From Asterias rubens (Eukaryota): DNA of 64,000 nucleotides. Position numbers and translations under genes: made by a program. Where the stretch lies: contig NC_047082.1 in assembly GCF_902459465.1 (NCBI RefSeq), positions 7,130,001 to 7,194,000 on the forward strand, written 5' to 3'. The notes below the pieces were generated by a model. The model saw only the letters and a program-made list of their open reading frames with translations. It was not told the DNA's origin and ran no database searches. This document shows positions 40,132 to 52,945 of the stretch, one piece after another (positions within the stretch are counted from its first letter, which is position 1; every line of letters begins with the position of its first letter).

Positions 40132-41507
40132 TTATTTTTTTCACACTCTATTGCAGAACATCAATCAAACCAAATTAAACTGCGACACCGTATATTCTTC
40201 CAATGGGTCTAAGTAAATCACCCCAAGTAAAACCAAAAATTTGAATAAAATCTCACAAACTAAAAAGCGTGACCGACATTGCGGTCTCTTGCATGAGCTG
40301 ACCGCAGATTGGTGGCAGGTCTGATGGGGTGGAATGCAGGTGTGCACGGTTGGGGACTCTGGCCAAAGGGCCTCGGTGATCACTCCTTGGCCGGTCAGGT
40401 CAACCATGCACAGGCTTTAGCGTAACCTGCTCCTTGCACTTTCTCGGTAAACTTAATGAGCAAACCGCATCATATTCGGGTTACGATCTGCCAGAATAAT
40501 TTCCCAACACAAGTATTTCAACCCCGTTGTGGTTTTAAGCCTTCTTAATAATCACATTATTAATATTTGTAATCCTACTGACTGTATTTTCATTAAGCCC
40601 TGTACCCAAACCAAGTACGTTGTTCTTAAGTGCATATTATGATTCCCATAACAAAAATTAATAAACAAAATATAGTCGCTACAATTTTATTCAATCAATT
40701 AAGTGCTATAAATAAATTGACAGTTGTTTTAGGAACGTTAGTTATAGTCTCTGAAGTTTGTAGTTATGTTGGTATGTTTTTTGTGATTTTTTTTTTTGTG
40801 ATTTTTTTTTTTTTGAGAGAGAGACGTTTTACTGGGTCTGACACATCTATGTCGATAGGGTTTATTTACTTTGCCTTGAAAATCATTTTAGGTTCTAGTT
40901 TTCATAAAACATTCGGGTAGCGTTAAATCTTAACCTCAATTATTAATACTTCGAGTTTTAACAGTGAAACCGTGATCAGCGTTCGTTATACAAGTGGTGA
41001 TGTTATTAGTGATGAGTGATATTTAATGAAGCATTCTCGAGGATTTGTTATGCTTTATAATTTTATTCATTTATTTATTTATTTCGATCTTCTTTTGCGC
41101 TTCGGGTGTGTTTATCTTGTTGAGATTTACGAATGTTTAGCTAGGTGAAAGGAAGAGTTGTTTTGTGGAAGAGAAAATTTATTCAAATCTTAGAGCTTTC
41201 ATTTAAAGCTATATCAAAACAAACATGTTTGTAAAAATATCATCAAATTTGTTCGTTGCACTTTTCAAGAAAACAAATCTATGTTGTCATAAATTATGCG
41301 CATATTCATTATTTTGACAACTAGTTCAAACTAAGCAAAATGTATGGTTCGTTAGGCCTACTTGCATGAATTAGTAAAGATAAGTGAACTTTCAGATTGA
41401 AACCAATTCGGTTCTCTCTTCCTTTCTCTTAATTTATAGAGTCACTGTGCCATGTTTCAATGCTATCGTTCCTGGACTATTTAAGATTGTTCTTTGAGTT
41501 AAGACTG

Positions 41508-41529
41508 CCAGCAGGGGGCCGCCATCTTG
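41508..41529 (+). promoter_or_regulatory. Overlapping CTCF-like and YY1 motifs
   Basis: CCAGCAGGGGGC (41508-41519) overlaps GCCGCCATCTTG (41518-41529), the reverse complement of CAAGATGGCGGC. Confidence 0.5.
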
Positions 41530-43165
41530 GGAGTAAATGTCAAGACCTTGGAGTGACTTTATCGAACTGGGTGGCTGTTCTGTTTGTTATGTTTTCATAA
41601 TAAATACCGGCGTCGCTTGGATATCATTTCTGTAATATTATTCCTGTCATAAGTCCGGCCAAGGTGAGGACGTGGAAAGAATGACCAACACCTCTCCATC
41701 TTGCGGTCATTGAAATCATGTTCCAATTCTAGTGGAATGTAATGCTAAGTTTATGATCGGGGCATTTAGTCTTATACTGCAATTATTGTCGAGGTGGGGG
41801 ATTTCGTGTTGACTTGCCCGGCCTAGACACATCGTGGTAATTAAACAACAATCTAAAGGCTGACATTGAACGGTAGAGAATGTACTGATTGAATGACAGA
41901 AAGTAGTTCAAACGTGCCTTTTGCCTGGAATAGAGCACCATTAGCACAGACCAGGCACCTGTTTCACCCCCGTGCCTAACTTATCCCTCACTACTCACGT
42001 CAGACAGCAGGACTTCGGCACGACCCCGAGGCCGTCGACTTGCAACTTTACACCGCCACGCGCTACGGGTTGCTCTACCCGTTCTTTCTTCTTCCAGTAT
42101 GGCCCTCCTTGATGCGAGGTAATGGTCAACAACATTAGACAGAGAAGGGGGGACTCGGTTGAAGAAATCCAGGGGCAGTGACCAGGACGGAATGTGAACC
42201 CTGGACGAGGTGGTTTATAAATAGGTTGGTCATTTGGGTGACTGTAATTGTTTCGCTTGTGCATATTTAGCATTGAGCCGTTATACACCAGTAGGATAAT
42301 TGGCTGTAATGCTGTGTGACAGGACTGGTTAACCACAGAAGTAAAAGGAAAATGAGCTTGGAAATTCACCTACCGGTTTCGGTTGATGGCATTTTGTTTA
42401 AACACCGTGGAGTTTTTGTCTGTGCGCTTATCGGTGTAAAATAATATAACTCAACTTGGGGAAGATAATAACATAGTTTCAGAAGATTCGATGTACGATA
42501 TCAGCTCGAAGCTTAATGACAATTTTCTATTAACGGTACCAGTCAGTTACCCTATGCGGTTTGTTACCATGCTATCAACGATGGTTTTGAACATGCCAAG
42601 TTGAAGCAAAAATCGATTGCTTTTATTTCAAGAAAGATTCTGCAATAATTTACAAAAAAGTTAAGATCCAGCTATTACCTCTAAGAAAGTACTGGTTTGT
42701 AAGAGGTCCAACAAGGTGTATTGCCATTGTTTTAACAGTGTGCAACAGTGTGTTGTTGATTTAAAAACGAAAATGTTTGTAAATTCTTTTACAAGTAAAT
42801 ACCTCTGTAATAATTATGTCAAGTTGTGTATTTTTACAATCTCTTTGTCTCTTCTGATGTTGGTGAAATTCTCACACCCTACCAACCAATAGAGATGGGT
42901 TGCATTAAATAACAACCTATTTGAAAGCACACGTGTGTGTCTCAACAGACCCCCCTGGAAACTTCAAAGTAGCGAGTTTCAGTAGCAGGCCGGCCGTGAT
43001 GCGAGGGGAGTTATATTACCCGCCCGGTCTCTACACCATTCAGTCGGTATAGACTGGGGGTATGACAGTTGTAGGCCTAGACTCACTCTCTCCCTCGCTA
43101 GCTTGGTTTACTACGGACGGACAAACCACACGGAGTGATGTTTCCCTCTAACGTTCACCTGCCTG

Positions 43166-43212
43166 CCGGTGCCCGGTGCCCGGTGCCCGGTGCCTGGTCC
43201 CCGGTCCCCGGT
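43166..43212. repeat. GC-rich heptamer array (CCGGTGC)4 plus degenerate units
   Basis: Read directly from the sequence. Confidence 0.9.
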
Positions 43213-46200
43213 ATGATTCTAATTGATTGTAAAGGCAAATGGAGGGGTCCAACTTGTAGTTCCGTTTGAAGGGTGGTCGGCGTTGGTGGGACTTGATAGT
43301 CGGGCATCTGTTCACTGAACGTACACGCCACTGCACCCCCCTTCTCAACTTCTACCTCCCCCTTGATAGAACAGGCTTGTTTTCTTTGGGAAATTAATTC
43401 ATCTTGTTGATTGGAGTAGATGGAAATTGTATGTTGTACTTGACAAACAGTGTGGGGTGGTTAGCTGTTGAACTGATCATTCATTGCGTTAACTTTACAA
43501 CTGACTTCTTAGACGATTACTGCGGGTGGTTCAGATTGTAAATTGAATTCTAGAAGTATTTTGGCGGTAATTGTTTTGTTGCTCTTTAGTGTTTTGATAT
43601 TTATTGTTTGTTTGTTGCTTAGGTTTGATTGTTTGTCACGGGGAGCTGTTTTATATAGTTTGCATTTGGAATTGGCGTGAAATGAGCTTTCTCATGGGTG
43701 TAGTTTATTTATTGATCTACAAGTATCTTTGCAGCTTGGTTTCAAAAACAATATAATTATGAACTAACCAACGATTGTTGTATAATTCTACAGTTATAAT
43801 TGATAAATGTTAACAACCAGTAACATTATTAATATTAAGACGATTTATGTCAAAGACGCATACTGTAATAACTGCTGTTCTTATCTAATGTGCAAACAGT
43901 TACAAGCTTCCTCCAATTGCTTTAGTAACACAAATGATAGGACTAATACCCAAAGTCAAAATCTTGTAAAAAAAATCTCCTCCTCGATCCCGATGAGGAG
44001 AGTGTTCAAGGGGGTAATGACCTAGTCATCAATCCACCACGACGTCTCTCATCAGTTGACCGTGAACTATCGCTTGCTTCCCCGTCAAGGTGAATGAACG
44101 CTCTGCATCATCTTCGCTAACTCCTCCGTGATTTTTTGACACAAGCTGCTTTGGTCAGCGTTGCAGTATATCTTAATTCCTATCCATTGTATACCGTTCG
44201 GTCAGTGATAAATTGTCGGCTATTCCATATCAGATTTCATGGGTTTTTGTTTCATAGTTTTACCCTTTCCCGATTTAGTCATGTGATAAGAAAATTAAGC
44301 CTTGTGCTTTTACTATTATCAGAGGTATTTTTCTCAATGAAACAATTATGTATTACTTTTTTTATAGAAGAATATCTTAAAGGTTATTGCCTGTAGTTGT
44401 CAGACGTTGATTTGTTTGTGTTGTTTGCGATTTTTTTTTTCTTTCTTATTTTGTTATTTTCTTTTTTAAATATTTTGAAGGGAGATTATTTGTAAACACG
44501 TTCATGTACATAAAACAGCGCCCTCTTTTGTCTTATTTGATCTTCAATTTAAACGATTAACGCACTCAAGTATACCTGCTGAGATCAAAGTATGCTTTCT
44601 TCTTACCCATTGGTTTCTTATTGGTAAAGAACCATCGTTGTTTGTTGGAATGGAAAAATGGATCAATACATCTTTTCCAGAATGTCATCGTTTACAAAGA
44701 AAAGACAGAGCCTTTGACTTATTTACAAACAATATCAGCCTAAGCAAGGGGTTGGGGTTTCGACAGCCCGGGTCTGCCAACCTTTGAACTCACGTAGAGG
44801 TCGTCGTACGCCCTCCTGCGGTGAGGTTGATGTTACTACCGGTTACTGACCGATATACGCACATTCTATCAGTCGTTTTCAGTTCTGATATTTAGCAATT
44901 TGAGGAATTAGTGAACACAAACACGATCTAGCCGATCAGGGTGCGATGTGTCACCTCGCAACAGGAGGTGTCTTCCCTAGTCAATCTACAGACATTCTCA
45001 TTCCGGAGTCTAAAACTCAACATCCATGTATTTCGTAGGAACACAAAATTGGAGCAGTGAAAGTCAAACACGGTCAAACCATGGAGGGGACATTTTCCAA
45101 TGATGTTTTTCATTTTGCTTCTGTTGTGATAAATTGTATAAAAAAACTTGTGTTTTTAAAGACGAAATCTTACTTATTCTACATTGTTTACTAAATTAGT
45201 GCTGCCATAACTATTCTATTATTATTGTTTTCGTTTTTACTTCATTTATTATTTTTAATAAATGTTATTAAAATATGAGTAGCAATGTTTTGATTAGGCT
45301 AAAGCTATTTGTTTCCCGAAATCAAGAAGAAAGTAAGGCTAAGGAAACTATTAGACCTAACGTTGTATGATATGTTCTAGTTGTTCTAATAAATCACATA
45401 GTATCTTAAATGCCGTCACCCCTCAGTAAAAACAAACAACAAACAATTTTTGTTTGCAAGTTTTAAAATATTTTTTTTTAAATAGTTGTAATATAGAATA
45501 AAGACCCCTATGGAAATGTAAGAGCCATTTCTGTAGTCAATCCAGTCTGATGGTGTGATGTGAGACACATCACTGTGTCTGTCGGCGTGTTGTATCACCC
45601 GAAACCAGACGTATGCAAGACTGTCGGAACATAGCGAGTAGGTTTGTATTATCAGATTAGGTACATTGGGTCCATGGTACCACGATGGAAGCCTTCTCAA
45701 TCGGGCCAGTGAAACAGGTTCTTTTTTAACCGTAAAACTTTGATTTGTCCCGCACCGTTCAATTTATCGTAAATATCTTGTTTTTTTCTTTCCTGGTTTT
45801 TAGTGTTTTTTTTTTTCCATTATCACTCAAATTTCAGACATACAGTGCACTATTTCTTGCATAATTTGGCGTCTTACTGCTTGCTTTGAGGTCAACGGCT
45901 TCTAGGGGAACTGAAATGAGGTCATGTCGTCCCCGATTAATAAAATTCTGGTAATTGTTGCTGAGAACAAAGTCTGGCAACTTCTTATCTTAACGATCTT
46001 AAAAAGTTGGTGGTGTTATTAAGGCTGCCATCTTTGACAAACTGTGCTTGAGTTACGTTAAGGTTCATTCAAGAGTGAATTTTCCCCGTTTTGTTTGTTT
46101 TCCTCCAAAAGATAAAATGATAGATCCTTCAAGAAAGTCTTACCATTTTAAATCTTGTTTATAACAGAATAGAACTTTATTTCATGAACTTTATACTGAA

Positions 46201-49200
46201 GAGATAAAATTCATTCATAAAAATAAAAAAATTGGATTTATGAACTTATAATCGGCCATTCTCTTATAAAAAAATGTTTGATTAATTTTAAGTATCTTTT
46301 GAGTTTGTGTTTTGATCCGACGTGCCGCCCATGTTGTTTTGAAAATTTCAATCAAGTAACGGATTGGAGTCCTTTGTGAATGTGGGGCTACTTCGTTATA
46401 AACGTAAGACTTCCGCGCTGACATAGTTGCGCTAACGTCATAATGACGTCATCCATAACACGCATTAAGACGATCATATGTTTTCGGTGGCTTCTTATTG
46501 TTCGTTTTGTGCGTGTGGGCGATCATGGGGACAAATTATTAGTAAGAGAATGTTACAGACATCTGCCGAAGACAATCTTCATGGACAGGATTGCTAACTG
46601 TCGGGAAGGGGTGTCAGTTCGGAATCTGAAATCTCACAGATTTATGAAGTTCATATCAGTGCCAAGTTTTCCATCACTTGGACAGTTTACTAGTGAGAAT
46701 AATAATTAATATGAAATGTATATGACTTCTCTCACCCGTGCAAACAAAATGTGTGAAACAATATTTCCGTATAGCACCTCTGTATGCCACCAGGCCCAGC
46801 CCCGCGTTTCCTTCCATTGCAGGGTTGCTACCCCTGTCACTTTGGAACTGAAGCAGGGGACTGTTACTCGTGTGTGGTCCCTAAGGCATCACATGGAACT
46901 TTGCAGAAAGTAAAGGTGTATGGGGGAGTAGTTTCCCAAGGCCGTAAACCAACTGGTGGGTTTACGTACGCATGACTTCGTTTCATAGATTATGAGGAAA
47001 CCAACAAGTCATTAACGTTAACTGAAATACGGCACTTGCAATCGCTCTTCAGTGTATTTCAAATTAATGATAACTGACCTTAAAGCTTACCATAGAGAAG
47101 ACAGTTTTTCCATGAAGTTAGTTCGGACTTATCAATGATTTTACAATAGCGCGTGCCGAAACGAGACCGGGCAAAATCTAAATAAACCCAACATTATTAT
47201 CTGTGTTCGGAGCATGACATTATTAATTTTTTAATTAAAACAGTGGCATAAACGGAACTGTTCAGAAAGATCTGGTCAAACGAAATAATAAGCGCACAGT
47301 CTCTGTAAATCGCAATCATGGTTCAACCATGGAGGATAGTTCCATGGTCGGTCCAACCTCTTTGGTCCAACAGACATCTCGACCGTGTCAGAGCAGAGAT
47401 GTACCGCCCTGGTTAGGGGCTTCTCTCTGGCCCAATCTCTTGCTCAATCTAGATCAGTGGGTGGTGGGCACCGTGGAATAACGGTCGCCATCCCTGAACC
47501 TACCAGGGTAATAATTATTGCAACACTTTATCAATAAGCAATTTAAAAGACCTGTTTCTCCACTTGACATTCAAAGTAGAGTGTTAAGACCTTAACAAGA
47601 CATTAGCTTGTAGTCTTAATTACAATCATTATGACCCTTAAATTGCCCACTACTTCTGCAAATAGTGTCCCTTCATCCCTAATCTTGGTCTCTTTCAGCC
47701 AATTCTTGCTCCCAATGAATGGATCACAGTCTCGTTGAGAAGAGACTTGGGATGTTCTTAGTTTGTGGCTTGCCTGGTATGTTGTGGACCGCCCACGAGC
47801 ATGAACACCCAGGTACACGGAAGCTGATCCCCTTCCCCATCATCAGCCCAACATTCCCCGTAACAAAGCCTTACAAGCCTCGATCAATAAACCCCACTTG
47901 TTCGCTCCTTTACCTGGGAAATGTTTCTCATTTGTTCGGCTTTGTTCCCGACGATGGGACCTTCTTAAGTTTACAAGCAGCCTTTTCAAAACCGTCCGAG
48001 AAAAGGAGAACCTGTTAATAAAGTTTAGGGGATCCTCTATTGCTCCTTAATGGAGGGTTGAGCTTACAGACTGTTGTTTATGGTAGAGTATTTCTATTTA
48101 TCAAGATGGAGTGGAGATTGGAATGGATGTCCTCTTAGGGGGGGGGGGTAGGTGAGGGCCTGCACGATGGGGGAGAAAGAGAAAGTGGTCTGGTGGAATA
48201 AGCAGATAAACAGTGGCGGACTTGATTATTGGTTGTACAAATAATCAAACAGTGTTGAGGGCTGCTGGCCTGCGACAAACACTTGCAATCAGTTTATCGA
48301 ATTAACCAACAACAGGGGCTTTCAGTTTGGACCATTCCTCGTCTCCATACAACATTGCAGCAAACTCATGCTTGCTTGTCATGTTTGAACAAACTTCTCG
48401 TACCGTTATTTTAAAAACTTCAAACTCGAGCGTTACCACACAGTTTTCAATTCCAAACCCATGTGAATGTGTAAAGAGATAAGCAGAGAGATTAGCCGTA
48501 AAAGGAGTGCCATGTTTCTACCCAACAAACTTAATTTATTTTCTCTTTTTCAATTCATGCATCATTAAATCATTACATTACTCCTTACTCTATGATCTAC
48601 TCTGGTATACAAAGTAAAACTGGTAACTAAAATAAACCCATACTATTTTCTCAAAAGAACAGGTACTGGCAATGTATTCGGCTCGTCTAGTACAAGTCTG
48701 TCAACGTCCTTACACATTCTAAAAACGTTAATTTAGTAAACGCGATCAAAAAGTCCTTTATGAGAAAACATATGTTTGACTATTTAGTCCACATTACTCA
48801 ACAACTCTCTTACTATCTTTCAGAAGTGGACCCCATTGGTTCACGTCCCAGGAAGCAACAACCTGCTGTTATCAAGCTGAGTTTAAGTTTTGGGTTTTCC
48901 TTTTCCATCTATACATGATTTTTTTTCTCTGAACAGCAAGGGTCCCTAGTCGCAAGACACATGTGTATTTATTCCATGTTTCGTGAGTCCCTCTTTTCCT
49001 GGGCTAACCTTATCACTTTCTACCGACTCGTTGACATGTTTAGCACCCATTTCTGGGTAGGTTTCCCTCCCACCGGAAAGTGGAGGCTTGGTAACGTACC
49101 CTTACGGGGATGTCGATCATGGTGTTTTAAGAACAGACCGTTATTTACTGGCTGTCACTGTCAGCAAGGTGTTTGGAAGGAAAAGGTTTGGGTTTGAGAT

Positions 49201-51299
49201 ATCAAAGTGATTTAGTTAGTCTCTCTAATAAATCAAAACCTGCTCTTTCGGAATCTTCCCTTACCGATTCAATTAGACTGAATGCGGACTTAACATGATG
49301 AGTTTGATTACAACGAACGAAGCAAATAGGAACTAATTGCAAACAGTAAACGCCTTGATTTATTATCAAGTTAAGTTAAGAATGTGAGCACGCTACCTCT
49401 GCCACAGGCTTGTGTTTTGGTATCCTCACAAGTCAGTCAACACTCATTAGCAGGATATAGTTAAACTTAAAGCTTAGACATGAAATTTAAGTTACTCATG
49501 TCAAACCAAAGTGATATCCAATCATCTAAAACATATTCTGACCATAAATGCATTCTTAAAGACATTAATTATAATACTCTTTTTGGAAAATAATTCAGTA
49601 TATGAGAATTTATCAGTCTACACCAATGTGTACTCTTAACGTTCAACTGATTTATCTACATTGATGATAATAACAATCATTGTAAAATAATATAGTTCTC
49701 TTGGTACATCGGGGAAGGGATGATCAAACATCAAACCGCCAAATGTTTCCTAAGCTGAAACATTCCCTCACTCATTGTTTATTTCCTTGAATCAATTGTA
49801 CATGCCCAATACAAAGTGAATCGCTAACACCATGCTAACACCATGCAAGCTCATGTCAGTGTTAGCAATTCTTACTCCTTGAAGTTCTGACATACCAGTC
49901 GTCCGTGAGGTCCGATGTCGGGGGGGGGGGGACATTGCCCCTCCTTCACCCTTCATTAACTCAGTGTCTGCTCCCTAGGTTGAGTTAATCATAGTGTTAT
50001 CTAACGGTTAATTCAAGCCTCAGTCACTATGGCTCTACTAGAAGTAAATAGGTCCCCACTTGCTACGCTGTAATTAGAAGCAGAGGCAAGGTTTGTTATT
50101 CTATGAGTGTTATCAGATGACGATTGGATGTTTCTACCGCTTGGCTGTAAACATGAAGAAATCCAGCTGATTACCTAGTTAAACACTCAATCATATGTTG
50201 ATTAATTACGCTATCAAATATCACGTCCTTGTGCTGAATACGAATCATACTATTAATATTATTGTTAGATGAAATGCCACAGTGCTCTTTTCGTAAAACT
50301 TTGGAAGTTGATATCATTGGATCGCATAAAAATTGTACGAAATGAAGTAATCAAACATCACCGTAAGGTTGAGAAAGCATCATGTCTGATGTCTCCGTCT
50401 TTTCGACTTAAAAGTTGTATGGAAACTATATCCATGGCAACTGGTGTTTTACCGACTTGACAAACCAATCACAACGATTAAAGATCCGACATCAGGATCT
50501 ACTAACCGATTTATCACAAGGTTAGCGCCCCCAACGGTGTGCTTTGCCATTTCTGTTTTGTGTCATTATTCTTTTGAAGGAAAACGAACTTGTAACCTTA
50601 TGTGTTGAACATGATGAATTACTGTAAGGGTAGATGTTTCAATGTACGATATACCATGGATGCGCATACAGTAACCATCGTGTTGACTACCTACCTCAGT
50701 GATACTCATCAAACCGTCACTATAATGTCAATTCCATTGTTGTACACATTGTACACAACTTGCCCAAACTCTTGATTCAATCAATGTAGCCAAATCGAGG
50801 CAGAAAGGCAATAAGACTGGTCCCCTAAACCGAGACTCATTGTTAAATGCTCATCAAACTAGAAACAAGACCAGAAATGGCGCCCGTGCTACTCGCGTCG
50901 ATCAGAGCTCTTTTTTAAACGCTTGTTATTTTCAAGGCTTTTAACAAATGTGACAACTTTCTCAAGTTAAGGCGTTTAACATGAATGCCTTACTTTAATC
51001 AGTTTTGTTGTAAGAGGTAACTGATTCAAAAATGGACAATTTTAGAAATTCTGAGTTATGTTCACCTATGTTGATGAAAATACTTGAATATATTTACATC
51101 TCATGATTTAATTAAGACACACACACAGACATCCCATGACAGCTATCAGCAGACATCAATACAACCTATTAATACACAACAATTCTTGCATTGATTTTGA
51201 CCGTGGTCTAAAGCCTAAGTTTCGGTAGCATCAATGGTAGCATGAAGACCATGGGTATCCAAGTAAAGGGGACATTTTTTAAGGAATGAGACAACCCAC

Positions 51300-51602
51300 A
51301 AAATAGCTCCTCCCATTTTATGCGCATATTCATGAGCAACGTCAGTGCAGTCCATTGATTCGTCAACCCACCCGCAGTCATATGACAGCCACACACACAC
51401 GCACACACATAATATTCTCCAGTTGGCTGCATACACAGCCTCGACAAGCAAAAAATAGAACCTACGAACCAATCGCAGTCACTGGCTGATTTGGAAATGA
51501 TGTACTGCGTACGACACTCACTTAATTAAAATGTGTCTGCCGCGTCATTCATGGACGGTTTTGCTGGGAGTGCCAACGGCATAGTGTGGGCTGGACTTTA
51601 GT
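51300..51602 (+). promoter_or_regulatory. Candidate proximal AP-2 promoter and short first exon
   Basis: CCAAT at 51469-51473, palindrome GTCATATGAC at 51377-51386, TGACAG at 51383-51388 and ATGCGCAT at 51320-51327. A GTGAGT donor at 51603 would make a 399-nt intron to the 52001 acceptor. Confidence 0.4.
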
Positions 51603-52001
51603 GTGAGTGAACGGAGGGGACTTGGATCGGTCCGTGCCGCCTGCAGTTACGGAGTGCCATAATACAAGTTGCGTACAGAACACACCATAGTGTCAGCCAG
51701 TGCACGGTTGAGCCCACATTGTTACGCGTTCACAACACAAAAGGACCATAGACTCAAGTCTCGAGTGTTCCCGAGGTGCCTTCTTTAGTTTTTTTCTTCT
51801 TCTTCATCTTTGGTTGACCTGCTGCCTTGAGGCTGATCTTCTTACTTACACCTCACCCTTGTCTACTCTCTGCTCTGACTGCCAAGACGAGGGGGGAAAA
51901 CAGCTTCCCCTGCTACGGTGTTCTTCACCAAGCACACACGGGGAAAAACCCGGGTGCGGGACGCCCCGGTTTTTCTTCTTGGGAATTCCTTTTAATTTCA
52001 G

Positions 52002-52155
52002 CTCTATCACCTCGAATTAATGATCAAGTCTGTGTGGAGTGTGTTGACCTAGTGTCTGAGAGACTGTTAACTGCTGCCGTGGTTCGCAGCAGAGAACTCC
52101 GGACTCTACACTTCAAAGCGACAAAAGTCGCCGTCGCGCATTCTAAATGGCACAG
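52002..52155 (+). other. Candidate AP-2 5'UTR/start exon
   Basis: A pyrimidine-rich acceptor ends at 52001 and the donor CAG|GTGAGA starts at 52156. Confidence 0.45.
52147..52155 (+). CDS. TFAP2: Candidate start-codon segment (M-A-Q) of AP-2 at the 3' end of a mostly untranslated exon 52002-52155
   Basis: ATG GCA CAG|GTGAGA is a strong phase-0 donor that joins in frame to 52946 (MAQ-ERSDLL). There is an in-frame TAA just before the ATG and an acceptor ttccttttaatttcAG at 52000-52001. Inference; no transcript data. Confidence 0.5.
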
Positions 52156-52945
52156 GTGAGAGAAATGACAAGTTTGGGCCGTTATCTATTACAGTGGCTG
52201 TCTACTATAGGCTTGTCAAGCACGTACTGTGAGACGTGTGTAAGGGGAAGGCTACATGCCGTAGCTTTACCCCCATTGGGAATGCCTCTGGATGGGTCGC
52301 TCATCTTCCGACCCCCATTCAAATGAAGACCGGATTGTTCAAGCTTTTTTCTGCATCCACTTCACTAGTGAGATATGGTGGCTAGACTCGCATCACATCT
52401 ATCTACTGGCAATGTGTTTTTACCCAACATTACCAACAAGTCTACATTATTATCATGTATTGTGATTCTAAACAGATAACAGATTTACTGGCTGTTTTAG
52501 TCATGATCCACACTTCTCATATACCGATGTAATAATATGTTGAAGAGGATCAATGTTTTGCTATTTGTAACACGTGGATATTGTTCGGATTGTTTCAACC
52601 TCGAGCTATTAAGGGATACTACCGTTTTCATATTTTAATGATCTGTCATTTTGTAATGCGTGTTCTTAAATTCACAACCACAGCAAAACATCGAGAAATA
52701 AACACGGAGAGAAGTTAAATACACGGGTGTGACTACCGTTGGTCCATGACGGTCATGTCAGTGTGAAGCCGTCGGCTCACCGACCCGTGTATGTACCCGA
52801 AATCCCCTGTACCCCGTAACACAATGCCCGGTTGTTTGCATGAAATATCCCGTCATGACCCAAGTCTCTCCGGACTCGTACAAGATGGAATAACCACCAA
52901 GCTAAGTATAACCCTTTTCTTTTTCTCTATTTCTATTTTACACAG

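Noticed and set aside
42098-42118. 21-nt micro-exon (good acceptor, GTAATG donor, ATG inside)
   Set aside because: The phase-0 reading has a stop. The ATG frame ends in phase 2, which is incompatible with the 52946 exon and terminates quickly in the 52002 exon.
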